The position numbers and the translations under genes are program-made. From assembly GCA_965112155.1 (NCBI GenBank), contig OZ218104.1: a stretch of 64,000 nt of DNA. One strand, 5' to 3'. The notes under the pieces are model-generated. The model searched no databases. It was not told where the DNA came from and worked only from the letters and a program-made list of their open reading frames with translations. Source of the stretch: Podarcis liolepis. Lineage: Eukaryota. Shown here piece after piece: positions 26,021-39,900 of the stretch. Each line of letters starts with the position of its first letter. The stretch's first letter is position 1.

Positions 26021-29000
26021 ATCCCCTCCTTGCATCTAGCAGAGACTGGCACCATGTCAAAAACGTTTCCCACGGTTCTTCCACTTAAACTTCAGCTTAA
26101 GATATTTGCTGTTGCTCTTCCTGCAGGTTCCTCCTGCGGCCTCACTCCTTAGTAGCTTTCTGTTCGACTCCAAGCCCTTAACCAAGCCTCTGTCAACCAA
26201 AGGCCTTCCAGATTCATGGGTGGTAAGCCTGTCAGTGGCTCCTAGCCACGATGGCCATGCTCTGCCTCCACAGTCAGAGGCAACCTGCTTCTGAACAGGA
26301 GTTGCTGGGAATCAAAGTGAGGAGAGGGCTCTTGGGCTCAGCTCCTGCTTGAGGGTTCCCCACTGGCATCTGGGTAGCTACCCTGAGAAAAGGACACCTG
26401 GATTTACATCCATACATATAAAATTTCATATGGAAATCTGTGCCCTCTTTTTTACGTAATTGGATTGCCAGCCTGCAATACCCCTGTGGTCTTTGTCCCC
26501 TCATCTTCCCTTCCTATTTCCCTCTTTACGTGGCTCCCATTCAGGCCAAGCCAAGTCAAACAGATGCACTTCTGTGGGCTCATGGTCTTAGAATCATAGA
26601 ATTGTAGAGTTGGAAGGGACCCGGAGGATCGTCTGAGTCCCACCCCCTGCAATGCAGGAATAGGCAGCTGTCCTATACTAAGGTTACCAGGTTTTTTAAA
26701 TGAATCCAGGGACACTTATTGTTTGCTATGTACATGTGAATGCTGAGAAAGCTGTAAATCCGGGGACTGTCCCCGGGAAACGGGGACATCTGGTAACCTT
26801 ATCCTATACCGGGATCGAACCTGCGGTCTTGGCATTATCAGCACCATGCTCTAACCAACTGAGATATCCAGGCTTCAAAGCATCATTGTGCAGCTTTCTT
26901 CTAGGATGGGCACCCCAAACTGAAAAAGGGGGTAAATGAGCAAAGCAGCTGTGAGGCTGTTAACAAAGGGGCTGTGTTTGCAAAGGCAGACACCTGATAC
27001 ACCCCCCCCCCCTTGTTTCCTTCCTTCTCCTTGCCCTTCCTTCTGTTTGCTCAGCCTTGGATGAAGAGCTCATCCAGGAAAGGGGGAGGGAGCCTTATCT
27101 CCCCCTTCCCCGGTACTAAGCACCCCCTGCCTCATAACTCTAAAAGGACTCCTAGAGCTACCCAGAGAGGTGTGGGACAAAACAGGAAGAGCAGCAGCTG
27201 GCTTTGCCTGAAGAGCGGCAAAGGAAGAAAGGTTGGCACTTTCTCCCAGGGCAACTTACAGATGGGTACCAAGAACCTGGGGCTCCTGCTAAGGAACCAG
27301 CTGCTGCTGGGAGTTGCAATGACAAAAGACTGGTCTGTTTGAGAGCAGGCCAGCAGGCAGACCCAGAACAAAGGCTGGTCTGTCAGGAGGAAGGAAGATG
27401 CCACCAGAGCTACTGTCCTGACTGTGAGCCATGGGCTGTGTGTGCTCAGATGTCGCCCCACTGACCCCATACTCCATGGCCATCAGTTTTGTACCCAAGG
27501 GGTGGAAGACATGCCAGCAGCCTTGGCTTCTGTATGTGCAGGTAATCTCAGCAATGCAATTGCACAAGAGTCTAGAACAGTCACACAATGAGAGACTCTG
27601 AGCCAGCAGCCTTCCCCAACCTGATTCCCTCCAGCTGTTTTGGTGCATGATTCCCATCAGCAGCACTGGCTGGGAATGATGAGAACTGTGGTCCAAAGCA
27701 GCTGGAGGGCACCAGACTGGGGAAGGCTGCTGTAGTAAATCCTATTCTTTGGTGTTCCCTGTAGGTCATAGCTCAGGTTTCCCCAGATGCTCTGATGAGA
27801 CGTTCACTTTGCCCAGTGTTGGCAGCTAAGTCAGGGGCTTGTTGTGGTACACATGACCCTCCCCAGGTGCCAGGACTTTACATGTGTCCCCCCCCCTTTA
27901 CATCATGGCTGGTGCCAGAAAGGCTGTGTCTGCACAGTCCACTCATATAAAGGCTTCAGCTAGAGAGACACAGAAAAGCAGAACCTCCGAGCTTGGGAAA
28001 TCATTCTCCGCCTCGTCCATTGTGCCAAGGCCACACACAGGCACTGCCCCAGCACCATGCTAGCTATCAGGCAACTGGCACCCTACAACAGGGGCACATG
28101 AGGTTTGTGCCACAAATGAGTGGCAGGCTGGGTCCTACCCGCTCATTAACAGGCAGGATGTTGGTGCTGTTACCCAGAGCATAAATGCAAATCCCCGCTA
28201 GCTAAGCATGCATGTTGATGTGCTGGGAAGACCCATGGTCAACGCTGCTCTCGTTTTTCACATCACTCTTCCCCACAAAACTACCCTCCTCCAGCACTTG
28301 TGTCCTGAATTTGAGTCCTTCAGCGTACCCTTACATGATTGCAAGTGTGTGTGCGTATGTGTGCACTTCCAGAATTTTGCTGTGGCATCACACTGGAAAA
28401 ACAAAGTGCTCTTTAATTTCCATGCCTCCTCCTCTCATCCACAGACATGCAGCAGCAGCGCAATGTGCCCAGCAGGAGGAGGGTGGGGGAGTTGGGCATT
28501 GATTCCCAATAGAGATGTACTAGCAGCACTGAATGAAGCAAGGGGCAATATTCCCTAATGGACTGGAGCTAAGGGGAAAGGGAGCCCACAGCCCTTGCTT
28601 GCTCCAGGGGCAATGAACCTATTAGCATTGAGCAGAGAGAACAAGAAGTCTCCATTTAGCCAGCTCAAAGCAAGGGCAGTGAAAGGGGGGAATTTCAGTG
28701 AGAGCAACATCTTCTTTTCCCGAGCTGCTGACAACATTTGGGGTTTGAGAATGCCTCCCAAACTACGTTGTGAGCAATCAAGCCATGGATACAAAGCTGC
28801 TGCTTCGTCTTCATCTTCTTCTTTGCCAGTTCTGCAGTCAGCATGCTCTGATCTATTTGATTGGGATGATGGGGCCCTGGGGAATACATGGACTAGTGTG
28901 GGTAAAAATCTGGTTCTTTTTTAACCTAAGAGTCATGAAGGGGCTTTGGGGGTGCAGCACTGCCAGCAGGGGTGGTGCTCATTTCAAAGGGGCCGCCAAT

Positions 29001-29656
29001 AGCCAAGAGCATCCACTGTCCTTTTCCAACAGTAGATACAGAACAAACACGCTTTTCTCCTAGCCCAAACAGAGCTGTTTACTTAACTGTGTCTGGATTC
29101 TTTCCAAACTCTTTGCATTTCATCCAACCCATTCTACAGGTTGCAGAACTCCTTGCTGAGTCAGAATTGCCTGTTTAACCTGCAGCAGCTCGTGGTGATC
29201 AGCAGATTCCACCTTACAAACAGCTCTAGTAGGAAATGCTTTTTTCCTCCAGAAAAGAGAAGTACCGGGGCTATGGTTTGTCTTGAAACCCACCCCCACT
29301 GGTTTGTTGATTTTGCTGGTTAGTTTTCTGCATGCATATGTAGTCTGCTTTCGTGGTAAAGTGGCCACCAATGCAACTATTTAAAATCGTCTTAACAACC
29401 AATAAAAACCAATCTAAACAAAATTAAGACAGATGTTTAACCAGCTAAGTATTTGGGGATTTGCTGCATCCCAGTGGTAAACAATATATACTCTGCACAT
29501 GTTCAGAGGTGCTAAACATGTTCCTCATTCTGCAGCTGAAACCCGGCATGGGAACCATTTTCTGGGCACATCTGGAATTTTGAGGGAGTGCCAATGCCTC
29601 TGATCTCTTCTCTCCCTAGAACAGCCCCCATCCCGAGAGACAGAAAGAGTGAAAAT

Positions 29657-29691
<35 letters not shown>

Positions 29692-32600
29692 TGTTCTGCT
29701 TTTCCAAAGGATCTAAATAAAATACGTAATCTGAGCCTTGAAAAACACATAGAAGTGAAAGAGGATGTGGGAAAGAGCAACATTCTTCCAACTTCCTCCT
29801 TTAGTGCTATAGCTACACACTTTTCAAGGGGGAGAAAGTAGGACCACCCCCCTCACAAATTCATGGGCAATAAGACAGTGAATGGGGGTGGGTAGGCCAA
29901 AAGCCTTTGTGGACACCCAAGCAAGACCTCAAGGGTGCCATTGTGCTCATGGGTGCCAAGTTACCAACTCTTGGCTTGTGTATGTGTATTATTATATAGA
30001 TTCACATGATATTCCAGTCTGGGGGGAAAGGACAACAATTCCCCCCAACTCTTCTTGCGGAGTAGAAGCTGCCAGGATCCTCTTTTCTTTTTTACAGTAT
30101 TGACTCATCGTTAAGCCTTGGTTTCTTTTTGAAATATCACTGACATGCTTTTGATTGGCTCAAAACACAGTAGCCCAGACTCAGGAGGTCACTAGTAACA
30201 GCCACATCTAAATGTCAGATTTATTTTTCTAAAGGAGGGTGTGCAGTGTTAATAAGGAAATTTTGGGGTCATTCCTGCTGTGGGGGTGGGGGGGCAGGAA
30301 AGAAGGGAGATGCTGTGTTAAAGGATATTATTTCTGCTTGCTCCCCAATGGAGCACCATAATGCAAAAATCATTCCTTCATAGTGTGTTTCTATCTCTAA
30401 CAAAAGAGTCTTAGATAAGGTTTTGTATTCTCATGTGCCTGCTGCTTTTATGATCTCTTCTGCTTCCTCTTAAATGAATGCATATCCTTCCCCATCTACC
30501 CCACCAGTCTCCATCTCCCTTCCCTCCCTCTGTTGCCTCTTCTGTGTCAGAAATGTAGGCTGCAGAGCAGGGACAGGGACAACCTGCGGCTCTCAGGCTC
30601 ATTGCAAAAACGCTCTGCAAGCCATCAGTTCAGGCCTCTGACAAGAGGGATCTGTTCCTCCCCTGGCAGTCTGCTGGGTGGAGAGGGAGAGGAAGCAAGA
30701 AGAGGGGTGTCAGAAAGAGAGAGGAGGGGTGTCAGAAAAAGACGAGGGGGGGGGAGGATGTCAAAAAGACAGAGAGAACAAAGGGTGCCAGAAAGAGACA
30801 GTGGTAGGCAGGGGAGGGGGAGAAGGGGCTGCTGGAGACAGAGAGAGATGGAGAAGAAGGGGTGCCTAAAAGTGAGAGAGAAAATAGGGAGCAGTGGAAA
30901 AAATGGATAGCAAGGAGAGAAAGAAAAGGAGATGTCCATTTTTGACCCTGGCCCCACCCACTGCTGTTATCTGTTTTGCCAACCAACAGTATATAAACCC
31001 TACAGATCACCCTAGGGAAGGAGGCCCTTGCCTTGAGAGAGAGAGAAAAGTTCCTTGCTGCTCCTGCCAATGAATGCCTGGACTCCTCCTGCTCAATATA
31101 TTCCTCACCTATCTGTGCCAATAGGAGGCTGGTCTGCGCCAGCCCTTGTGTATGTAAAGTGCCCCCCCCCCCCAGGGCTGCACTCCAGCAGGAGAGGTTC
31201 TGCTAACTCCAACTATACTAGAGCCATCCCTGAGTGTCTGATGAAATGCGTCTGGCCAGATCTTGGAATCAGGTTTGAAAATGTGTGCGTATTTAAATAT
31301 TAAAATCATGCCGATGCATTATAAGGCATTAATGTTAAGCATCTGGTTGCCAGATTCAGGAACTGCATCTTTCTTCTGAGGCTCCTAAATCTGACAACAT
31401 CCCTAACGGAGAATGTTGAGAGGGAATCCAATTAGGAGAATTTGCTGGTGACTGTTGAGTTGGAAGGACTGGAGCTGTCTGGGGAAATCACCCCAGCTGC
31501 TCTGCGCTGGTTGCCCCTTCCCCCTGCATCCCCCCCCCAATCTACATCCTCCCCACAAAAAGGAGGGAGCCTGCCTACTTCTCTCAACTCCCATCATCTC
31601 AGCTCCTCTCCCAGCTGCCTCCTCCAGCATCCTTCCTGCAGCTGAAGGAAGGGGGCTTGGAGGAGTGGGGGGGGGGCGTGTGGAGATTCTCACAACTGGT
31701 GCTGACTCATATTATGTGAAAGGCGCTCCAGGTCACCGGGCCTGGACTGATGGAAGCTGCGCGTTTGGTACGGGGAATAAACGACTGGCTGCGGATACTC
31801 AAAACAAGAGCTGCCAGGAATCAGGCCAGTCAGAGATGGAAGCCTTTCCATAAATGTGTATGGGGTGGAGTGAGGGGAGGAGGAAGGTAGCAGGGGCCTG
31901 AATGAAATTCACGCTTTATCTCTCCAATATTATTCAGCACCCCTTCCCGCCCCCTGCTAGTGGCAAAGAGAGTTGGGGTAAAAGGGCAAGACACGCATCA
32001 ATCAGCAGCTCAAGCCCTGGGGAGGGTGCTGATTGAGTTTATTCAGCGAAAAGAGGGGGAAAACTCTGCACATGCTCAAGGGCGCTCTTGCGCGAGGCCT
32101 ATAATGAAAAACAAGCAAAGCCCGGCGGGGTCCTGGGCCAACTCGCCTCATCCTGAGCCCCTGTGAAGCACAAGGGGCCCCCAGTTGCGGGTTCCGATGC
32201 TGGCCTGTCTTAGCATCTTCCCAACGGCAGGGCAGCAGCGAGGAGGCGCTTCCCTCCGGCGGCGGAGAAGCAGCCTGCCCGCAGGCTTGCGTGGTCAGGG
32301 GAAACTGGTCAGGGCATCGGGCTGCTGGGCTGCCTTTCCTCGCCTGCTGGGCTCCAGATGTGGCACAGGGACGATACCCTCGAGAGGTGCCACAGCTGGG
32401 GCAGCTGAGAGACCTTCTGCCTGCTTCTAGGAGGGATAGGGAAGAGATCTTTCTCCAGCTTGGAGCAAAGTGGAGAGGGCGCACACTACTTGCCCTGGGC
32501 AAGACCCTTGGAGCTGCTGCCTCCCTCCCGCTCCACGCAAAGCAGCCGGCCAGGCTACTTGCAGCCCCAAGTGCCAAGCAGGCGCCCCGCAAGGCAGCCA

Positions 32601-33219
32601 GCTCCATCGGTCCCTCCAAGCACGCATCACCCCGGAGCATCTTGCAAAGCGGCAATGGACAAACCTGCCCAAACGCGACTTCCCCACCGCGCCCAAGGCA
32701 GCCACACCCTCCCCGGCCCAGAGGTCCAGACTCCACTCCGGGAGCATTCTGGTCACACCCCACTGCGCGCCCCATCCATCCTCCGCGGACACACTCCGCG
32801 GCGCCTCGCCTAAGCTGGGGGCGCGCGGCGGGGATCCCCAATGCGCCCTCCGCCCGAGTCACCACCAACTAAGAGCGATGCCCCCCTAGCCACCGGCCTG
32901 GTGATCCCTATGATTCGCGGCCGGGAACTGGTCAGTCCACTTGGGGACCCTTCCTGGCCAGCGCGGGGAGGGAGAGGATGGCGGCCCCGTCCAATTGCCC
33001 CCTTGGAGCGTCCGAGGCGCCCTTCTGCCCGTCCGGGCAGCTCCTGCGCAGCAGCGCCCGCTGCAGGCGAGACGGTGCCCCTCACCGCGGCATCGGGGCG
33101 GCGGCCCCACTTGCTCCAGCGATCCACCAAGGGAGGGAGCGAGGGCGCCCGCTAGGGCTGCGTCCCCCGTCGCGAGCGGCACACTTACCCGGGGTGGCGG
33201 CCCCTCCCGGCCCCTCCAT
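21065..33219 (-). CDS. DBNDD1: Dysbindin domain-containing protein 1 (164 aa, 4 exons)
   Basis: Exons (minus) 33219-33189 [10 protein letters not shown], 25271-25119 ..[17 protein letters not shown], 24693-24553 [40 protein letters not shown], 21234-21065 ..[24 protein letters not shown]; GT-AG, all phase-1 introns, 495 nt. Confidence 0.93.
21586..21758. mobile_element. Tc1/mariner-type MITE
   Basis: Imperfect TIRs ccgtatttttcgc..ataacac / gtgttatgg..aaaaaatacgg flanked by TA dinucleotides. Confidence 0.7.
21965..22233. mobile_element. Tc1/mariner-type MITE
   Basis: TIRs ta-ccgtatttttccatgtataa / ttatagacggaaaagtacgg-ta. Confidence 0.7.
25990..26016 (+). repeat. (TG)n microsatellite
   Basis: About 13 TG units. 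Confidence 0.9.
26588..26868 (-). mobile_element. tRNA-derived SINE with CR1-like tail, interrupted by a hAT MITE
   Basis: Plus strand shows tagaatcatagaattgtagagttggaagggacc (CR1-like 3' end, antisense) and gggatcgaacc...ctctaaccaactgagata (antisense tRNA head). Confidence 0.65.
26679..26801. mobile_element. hAT MITE nested in the SINE
   Basis: TIRs taaggttaccag / ctggtaacctta and a perfect 8-bp TSD tcctatac (26671-26678, 26802-26809). Confidence 0.85.
29658..29688 (+). repeat. (CA)n microsatellite
   Basis: About 15 CA units. Confidence 0.9.
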
Positions 33220-33850
33220 GCGTCCGGGCTGCTGCAGCCGCTGCGTTCGTGCGCTCCTCCGCCTGACGAGCCGTCGCCGCCTCCGTGCGCGCCGCTCTGG
33301 TCACTGCACCAGCCGCGCCAGCAGCCCGAGCGCTCATCGCCGGGGAGGAGCAGGAGCGGGCCCGGCCGGCCGGTTCGGGCGGGGGGCGAGGCAGGAAGGC
33401 AGGCGCAGCAGAGCAGCGGCGGCCGCGGCAGCCCCCCACCTCGGCCGTCGAGGAGCGCCGCTAGGCACTGGCCGAGGGGAGGGGGCGGGGGCGGGGTGCG
33501 CGGGAGGCGGCCGCGCCAGCGAGCGAGTGGCCCGCCCGCCGCTCCGCACACCACCGGCTCACCCAGCGGGCTGCTGGGCTGACTTGGGCGTTCGGCTCCC
33601 TCCGGAACCTTCCCCGACCGCCTCGCGAAATCGGAGCCCTGGAACGTCGAAAAGGCGAGCGCCCCTGAGCACGTGCAGAGTTCCCGGCGCAATCCGCATC
33701 CCGCTGAAGTCAGGGGAAGGGACCTTCTGGGTGGCAGGCTTGCAGCGGGGCAGCGGGACCCAGGGCCAGGGAGGATCAGAGACAGAGGCCTCCTTCAGAG
33801 AGGCGGGGAGAGGGCGCTGCGCGGCCTTCACTCCTTTCTTGTGAGGACCC
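32050..33850 (-). promoter_or_regulatory. CpG island / promoter of DBNDD1
   Basis: Very GC- and CpG-rich, contains DBNDD1 exon 1 and GC boxes gggggcgggggcgggg at about 33481-33496. Confidence 0.8.
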
Positions 33851-36479
33851 CGGAAGCAACACAGCCCTTAGTCTGACCCAGAACCATAGCCTTGTTTTGA
33901 CATTCTTATGGGGAAGTCTGTTGCTAAGAAGGAAAAACCTCCAGTTTCAGGGACAGTCTACCAGAGCATTTCAGTTGCTGGGTGGGGCAACAGCAGAGGA
34001 GGACTGGGAGTTGTGGGTTTGAGGGTGGAACGAGGATGATGCCTGGTGGGCATCAAACTGAGCACTGCAAGAAATTCATAGTGAATAAGGCTGTCCAGGA
34101 CTGCTGATGATGGCGGCCGTGTACAGAATCAGATGCAGCTGATAGGAGTCACAGGTGGGGAGACAGCTCCTGTTGTACTTATGTTCCACTTCTGGGCTTC
34201 CCATTGGGGCACCTGGCTGGCCACTGTGAGAACAGGATGTGGGAGTAGATGGGCCTTTGGTCTCATCCAGCAAGGCTCCTATTACGAATTTACTGCACCC
34301 CCAATAAATCTTTGGGCTCCCTAGGACAGCACCACTTCTCTGTGTAGACATTAAGAACCGTCTGTCTCCCACCAGGCTCAGTATCCCTGGGGAACCAGCA
34401 AGCCCAGATGGAGATTTGCTTTTCTTTTTTTTCCTGGAAGAGCCACAGAGAAGCTTCTTTCTCATCAGTCGCGCTTTGCACCTCCCATGTCCCCAGCGGG
34501 GAGTGGAGAGAAGCTGGCATCTCTGCCAGCTGAGCTGCACTAGGCTTTTATTCCAGTCTCTGGCTACAAAACCTCCATTTTCTTTATCCCACCCCACTCT
34601 ACTCCATCCCACCCCCAAGCAAGAGCTTCTAAAAACAGATCCAGGCGCGAATCCAAGCAGAAAGCCCCAATTAAGCAATGCCAACAGGAGAAACCCCCTG
34701 GCTGTTGTCTTCCTGGAACAAGGTATCCGTGCAGGACCGAAGCAGAAGGCAGAAGTCTAAACACTGCTCTAGCAGGCTCAGGGTGAAAGCGAATAGTGGG
34801 AATCAATGTGCCATAGGCAATGCAGAGCATCCTAAGCTAGGCAAGTGGGTCCCAATGTTTCCTGGAATCCAGCCTCTGTCAGAAATCCTTTAGTTCCACC
34901 ATAGAATAAATACAAATCAAATAACTCAATAAAATAATGGTTGATTAGTTGGCCCTGCAGGTGCACTCTGCACACTGTCAGAAGTGCTCTCCACATAGCT
35001 GTGTGAAGCAGCAGGCCACCCTTTTTCACTGGTGGGGTCACTTTGCTTGCTTACCCGTTTCCTTCCTTCTCACCACATGAATCTCAAGAAATGTTACTTG
35101 CTTAGGGTCAAGACCAGCCTCCCCCAGCTTGGATCCTCTAGATATTTTGACCTGCAACTCCTGTCAACTCCAGCCAGTGCAGCTGTGCTCCCATCACCCC
35201 CAGCATCCTGCAGCTCTGCTGGCTGGAGGTGATGGGAGCTTTAATCCAGGTTTGGAAAGGTTGGCTAATGCAGGAGCTGCATGTTCCTGGCCTCTCTGGG
35301 GAGGTCCAAGTAGTCCATCCTGTGCACAGTACACAAATAGCTTCTACCATCAGTACCAGAGGGGACAATGCCATGACAGACGACCCCCCCCCCCAGTGGG
35401 CTAGGGGTGCACAGGTGGACAGAGCCTCTTAGCCTGTGCAACCAAGCAATTAGGTAGAGGATGGGGCTTCTGGGTAATTAACACAAGGCCCTTGGGGTCA
35501 AGGCTAAATGTGAGGCCATTGTTTCACCCTTGGAGTTAAAACAAACTTCCAGAGCTCAGCAGGCAAAGCTGAGGAGGCCTGTAATTGGACTCCACCTGCC
35601 TCTCCTCTCATTGCCTCTGCCTAAATCACTCATCATCCTGTTTCCTGGCTCAGACACTTTCTGCTCCTCCTCCTGATTCCCCCTACCACCAGCTTGGTGA
35701 TAGCCCCTCCTAATCTCAGATTGCGACTGAGAAACAGGTTACCTAGTAGTTAAAGAAATGTGCTCTGCACATAACCCAGAGGCATTTTCCTTGTTCTCAG
35801 TGGACATTTTTCTGGGCTGAGCTCCAGCATCCCAGACTCAAATTGATGGTTACTCAAGAGGGTGTGGGGGCATAAGGCAGGGATGAGGAATCTGTGGCCC
35901 TCCAAATGTTTCAGTATTCCAGCTCCCATCAGCCCCAGTCACACATAGTCAGTGGATAAAGGCAACGCAACCAGGAGACAACGCTACCAGGAGGTCCCCT
36001 AGTTCTAAAGCACAGTTGCAGCAAAATTAGCAATGGGCAAATATTTTCAATAAGCATCTGCAAATGGTCCAGGTAATTCCTTGATCTAAACCTCTAATGT
36101 TTTGATACTTGTCCTATTCCTGTCACTGTATTTTGTTGCAATGGACTGTGATTAAAAGCAATAAAAACGACTTGCTTGCTTGCTTGTTTATACATTTATG
36201 CATACTGTGCATCTTCCATGGTGCCTTGTAGGGTTGGACAGGCGGCGAAGGCAGCTTCCCTGCTCCCACAGAGCTCACCACCTGAAACTGCAAGGAAACC
36301 CGCAGAGGTGGCGGCGGCGGTGGGCAGCTGCCCTTACTAGACCTCAATGAATTCTTATTGCTATTGTCGTCGTCGTAGCCAATTGAGTCATAAGCCTTCC
36401 TTGCTTTGCTGCATCACTGGCAAGGTCTGCCTCCACCATTTCCCAGCCCTAGAAGTCCCATAGAGTCCCATAGGGCTTA

Positions 36480-36930
36480 CTCCCAAGTCAGAAGAAGGAG
36501 CAGTTCAGCTTCCAAAGGCTGCAAGCGAGGATGAGGCTGACAACGGGCAAGGGGTGGGGCTTCTGGGCCTCCGTTGCTAGGGCTGGGGCCCGTTGCCAGG
36601 GGCGGGCCCGGCGGAGCCGGAACTCTCGCGAGGCCGGGGCGGCGGTTGCTCGGAGACGCGGCGACTCGGAGCCTGGGCAGCAGCCGGAGAGGGGACTCAG
36701 TCGCCACCATGGTGAGGCCGGAAGTGGGGCGCGCTTGCAATGAGGGGGCCCTGGGGGGCTCCCCGGGGAGCTCCCTCAAAACCTGGGCGGTGCTGGGGCT
36801 CCTGCCCGCCAAGAGGCCCCGACCCTCCACCCCAGAAGCGCGGGGGCTGGACGTGCTCAGCGACAGACCGAACTCTGCACATGCTCAGGGGCACTCATTC
36901 CTTCGTCACTCTTCCTTACGCGTGCCAAGA
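36480..36930 (+). promoter_or_regulatory. CpG island / promoter of GAS8 with RFX X-box-like sites
   Basis: GTTGCTCGGAGAC (36645-36657) plus half-sites GTTGCTAGG (36573) and GTTGCCAGG (36592); perfect Kozak gccaccATG at 36709. Confidence 0.7.
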
Positions 36931-39900
36931 GTAAGCCCAAATATAAGCCTTGAGCCCTGGTAAGCACTGCTCTCACCACCACCACCAACCCCTATTTTAC
37001 AAGTGTGCCTCTTCAACGCCATGGAGCAATTGCACAGGCAAGTAGGTGCTGGCAGCCAGAACCCATTTGTCCTTTGGAGAGAGGGAGGGATGCGTGGATC
37101 CCCTTCCTAGAGAAAACGGCACTTCATCATTGCCCAAATGGGTTATCAGCATGAATTCACAGCCTCCGTCCTTCCTTTGGCTCCCCACTTCATCCATCAC
37201 ACTGAAGATGCTCTCTTCTCCTCTCTTGTCCTTTCCCCCACTACCACGTTTGTTCAGGCTCCCAAAAAGAAAGGAGAAAAGAAAGGTGGCAAGAAGAAAG
37301 GTGCAAAAAGCCCTGTGGTGGATGTTGTCTCCCCGGAGGGCATGACCAAAGAGCAGGTGAGAAGGGGGTCACTTTGCAGTGGCAACAGGGGGGGTATATT
37401 CTTAAAAATGTGTGGATGGGAAATAGAAACTACAATGCAAAGTGGTTTCTTGCCAACAAGAGGGAAGCCAATCAACCTAGAGTTATTTAGGGGACTCCAT
37501 TTCCTAGCAGCCCCAGGACGAGGGGAGTTGTAGTCCAGCAACACCCTGCAGGCCACTCATGTTTCCCACCCCTGGCCTGTATCACATTAGAGAATGGTCA
37601 AGGTGTCTCTCATTTTGGGGTGGAGTGATGTATGGGGTGATTGGCCTACCCTCATTATCTCCGACCTTCCTGGCTAGGAGTAAGACCAAGTGTGAGTCAT
37701 GCAGTCCCTCAGCTGGCTTGTTGCAGGTACACTCTTTCCATCCCTCTGACACTTCACTACAGCACTGAGGACCAGCATTGGGAGAAGCCACTATTTTGTT
37801 GTTCCTTACTACATCCTTCTGCATTCCATAGGGTAGCAAATATAGCTAAGCTCACAGTTCCATTTTACTTTTTGGGTACAGGTATTGTGAGAATATTGCA
37901 CAGGAACAGCCTTTGCCATCCTGATGCCTTCCAGGTGTTTTGGGCTGCATCTCCCATTAACCCCAGCCAGCAAACCCATCAGTGTAGCTGATGGTAGATG
38001 ACAACCAGCACATTTGGAAGGTACCAGGTTGGCAAAGACTGCCCTAAACATTCTAAGCTGATTTAGCCACTTCCAGAGAGCAACAGACTCATGCAGCCAA
38101 GCCTCTCTCTAACCAGATAATTCATTCACCTATTTATCATGCATTCTGAAATGAAACAGTTGCACCCTTTCTGAAATTAGCCATGCTTCCCATGCCAGTT
38201 CACAGGAAAACCTTGGCTTGAAAAGAAAAAGTAAAAGCTTTGGAATTCACTGTCAGAAAAGGCACAATGCCAGTAGTGGCGATGGTGGGCTCCCAGTCCT
38301 TCCTCTCGGCTCCAGCCCGACTGTTGGCTGACCCTCTTCTTGGCTTTGCAGCTGGAGGAACACATGGGCCGCATCCGGGAGGAGCTGGACCGTGAGCGGG
38401 AAGAACGCAACTACTTCCAGCTGGAGCGAGACAAGATCCACACTTTCTGGGAGATCACTCGGCGGCAGCTGGATGAGAAGAAGGCTGAACTACGAAACAA
38501 GGACCGTGAGATGGAGGAAGCCGAAGAGCGTCACCAGGTGGAGATCAAGGTAAGAGCCTGTGGACTTCACAGATCACAGAATTGTAGAGCTGGAAGGAAT
38601 CCCAAGGGTTATATAGTTCAACCCCCTGCAGTGCAGGAATCACAGCTAGCATCCCTAACAGGTGAGTGATAAAAACATGAGCTGCTTTGTATGGAGTATG
38701 TATTTAAGTAAAATAAAACATTTCCCATTGGTACTAACCCAACAACCTTTTACTAGGGACCTTTTGCCTGTGAAACATGCTCTCTGCAACCATTGACCCA
38801 TGGTGCCTCCACTTGTGGTTGAGCAGCTAGATATTGGCTTGGGCAGCCCCGCAATGTTGTGGATGGAAAGTGGGGAAATGGCTACGGCATTGGAGGGGTC
38901 TGTTCTTTTGGCATAAAGACATAGAGGCTCACATGCTCCTGAATCTTCTTCACTTCCTGGTACTTGATGAACTTGGAGCCACAGCACTGCAGACAGAGTT
39001 GGTCACCAGCTTGGTTGGTCTGGCACCCCTGGCTGGGGCACCTCAACTGACTTCCATCCCCTTCCCCTGAGTAGCCACAAGTACCTCTCATTTACTCAGG
39101 CCTCTGCAAAAGAGAGTACCTTGGCCGATGAGGGCCAACGCTTGCCTCATCTTCCTTTTGTCTCAGGTTTACAAGCAGAAGGTGAAGCACCTGCTGTACG
39201 AGCACCAGAACAACATCACAGAGCTAAAGGCAGAGAGCACAGTGTCTATGAAGCTGGCCCAGAAGGATCACCGGTCCCAGGAGATGGAACTGCGTAAGGA
39301 CATGCGCACCTTGAAGGTGGAGCTGAAGGAGCAGGAGCTGTCCAACGAGATGGTGGTGAAGAACCTTCGGCTGGTGTGTCTAAAGTGATGCCGGACTTGG
39401 CTGCTGGGCTGGGCTCAGGCCAGCTTCTGCTGAGTGCATGGTGTGCGGGTGGGAAGAGAGGGGTGGTGGTTCTTAAACCTCAGTTGTTCCTCCAGAGCAA
39501 ACCAGCCTTAGCTTTGCTTCTGAGCTAGGGAGGAGTATACACAACATCTGTCACTAACCAGTTTCATCATCTTGACAGAAACAACAAGAAGACATAACAC
39601 GATTGCGCAATGACTTTGAGAGGCAGGTGAAAGGTCAGTTCTGGGGCTCGCCACCAAAAGCTGAAGGGTTTGGGTTCGGAAGGGAAGGCTATCTTTGTGC
39701 CCAAGGAAGGATCAGTGGGCCACAGTGTCACTTCATCCCTTGGGCGCCCTTTCTCTCACACATGCAGTGACAAGGGAGCTGCTTCCTTATGGCACAGTCT
39801 CACTCTTCTGGAAGGTGTATGTGTGTGACTTTGTAGCAATGGTGCGTAAAGCCCATCTCATGAGTCCGCTCTATGTTGTGTGTAATTGAGGCTAAGTAGC

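Noticed and set aside
26810-26868. tRNA-like sequence
   Set aside because: It is the head of a SINE with a CR1-like tail, not a complete cloverleaf tRNA gene
32002-33844. Several long overlapping ORFs (193-288 aa) on both strands
   Set aside because: Expected stop-codon scarcity in a GC-rich CpG island; low-complexity translations; only the 31-nt DBNDD1 exon is supported
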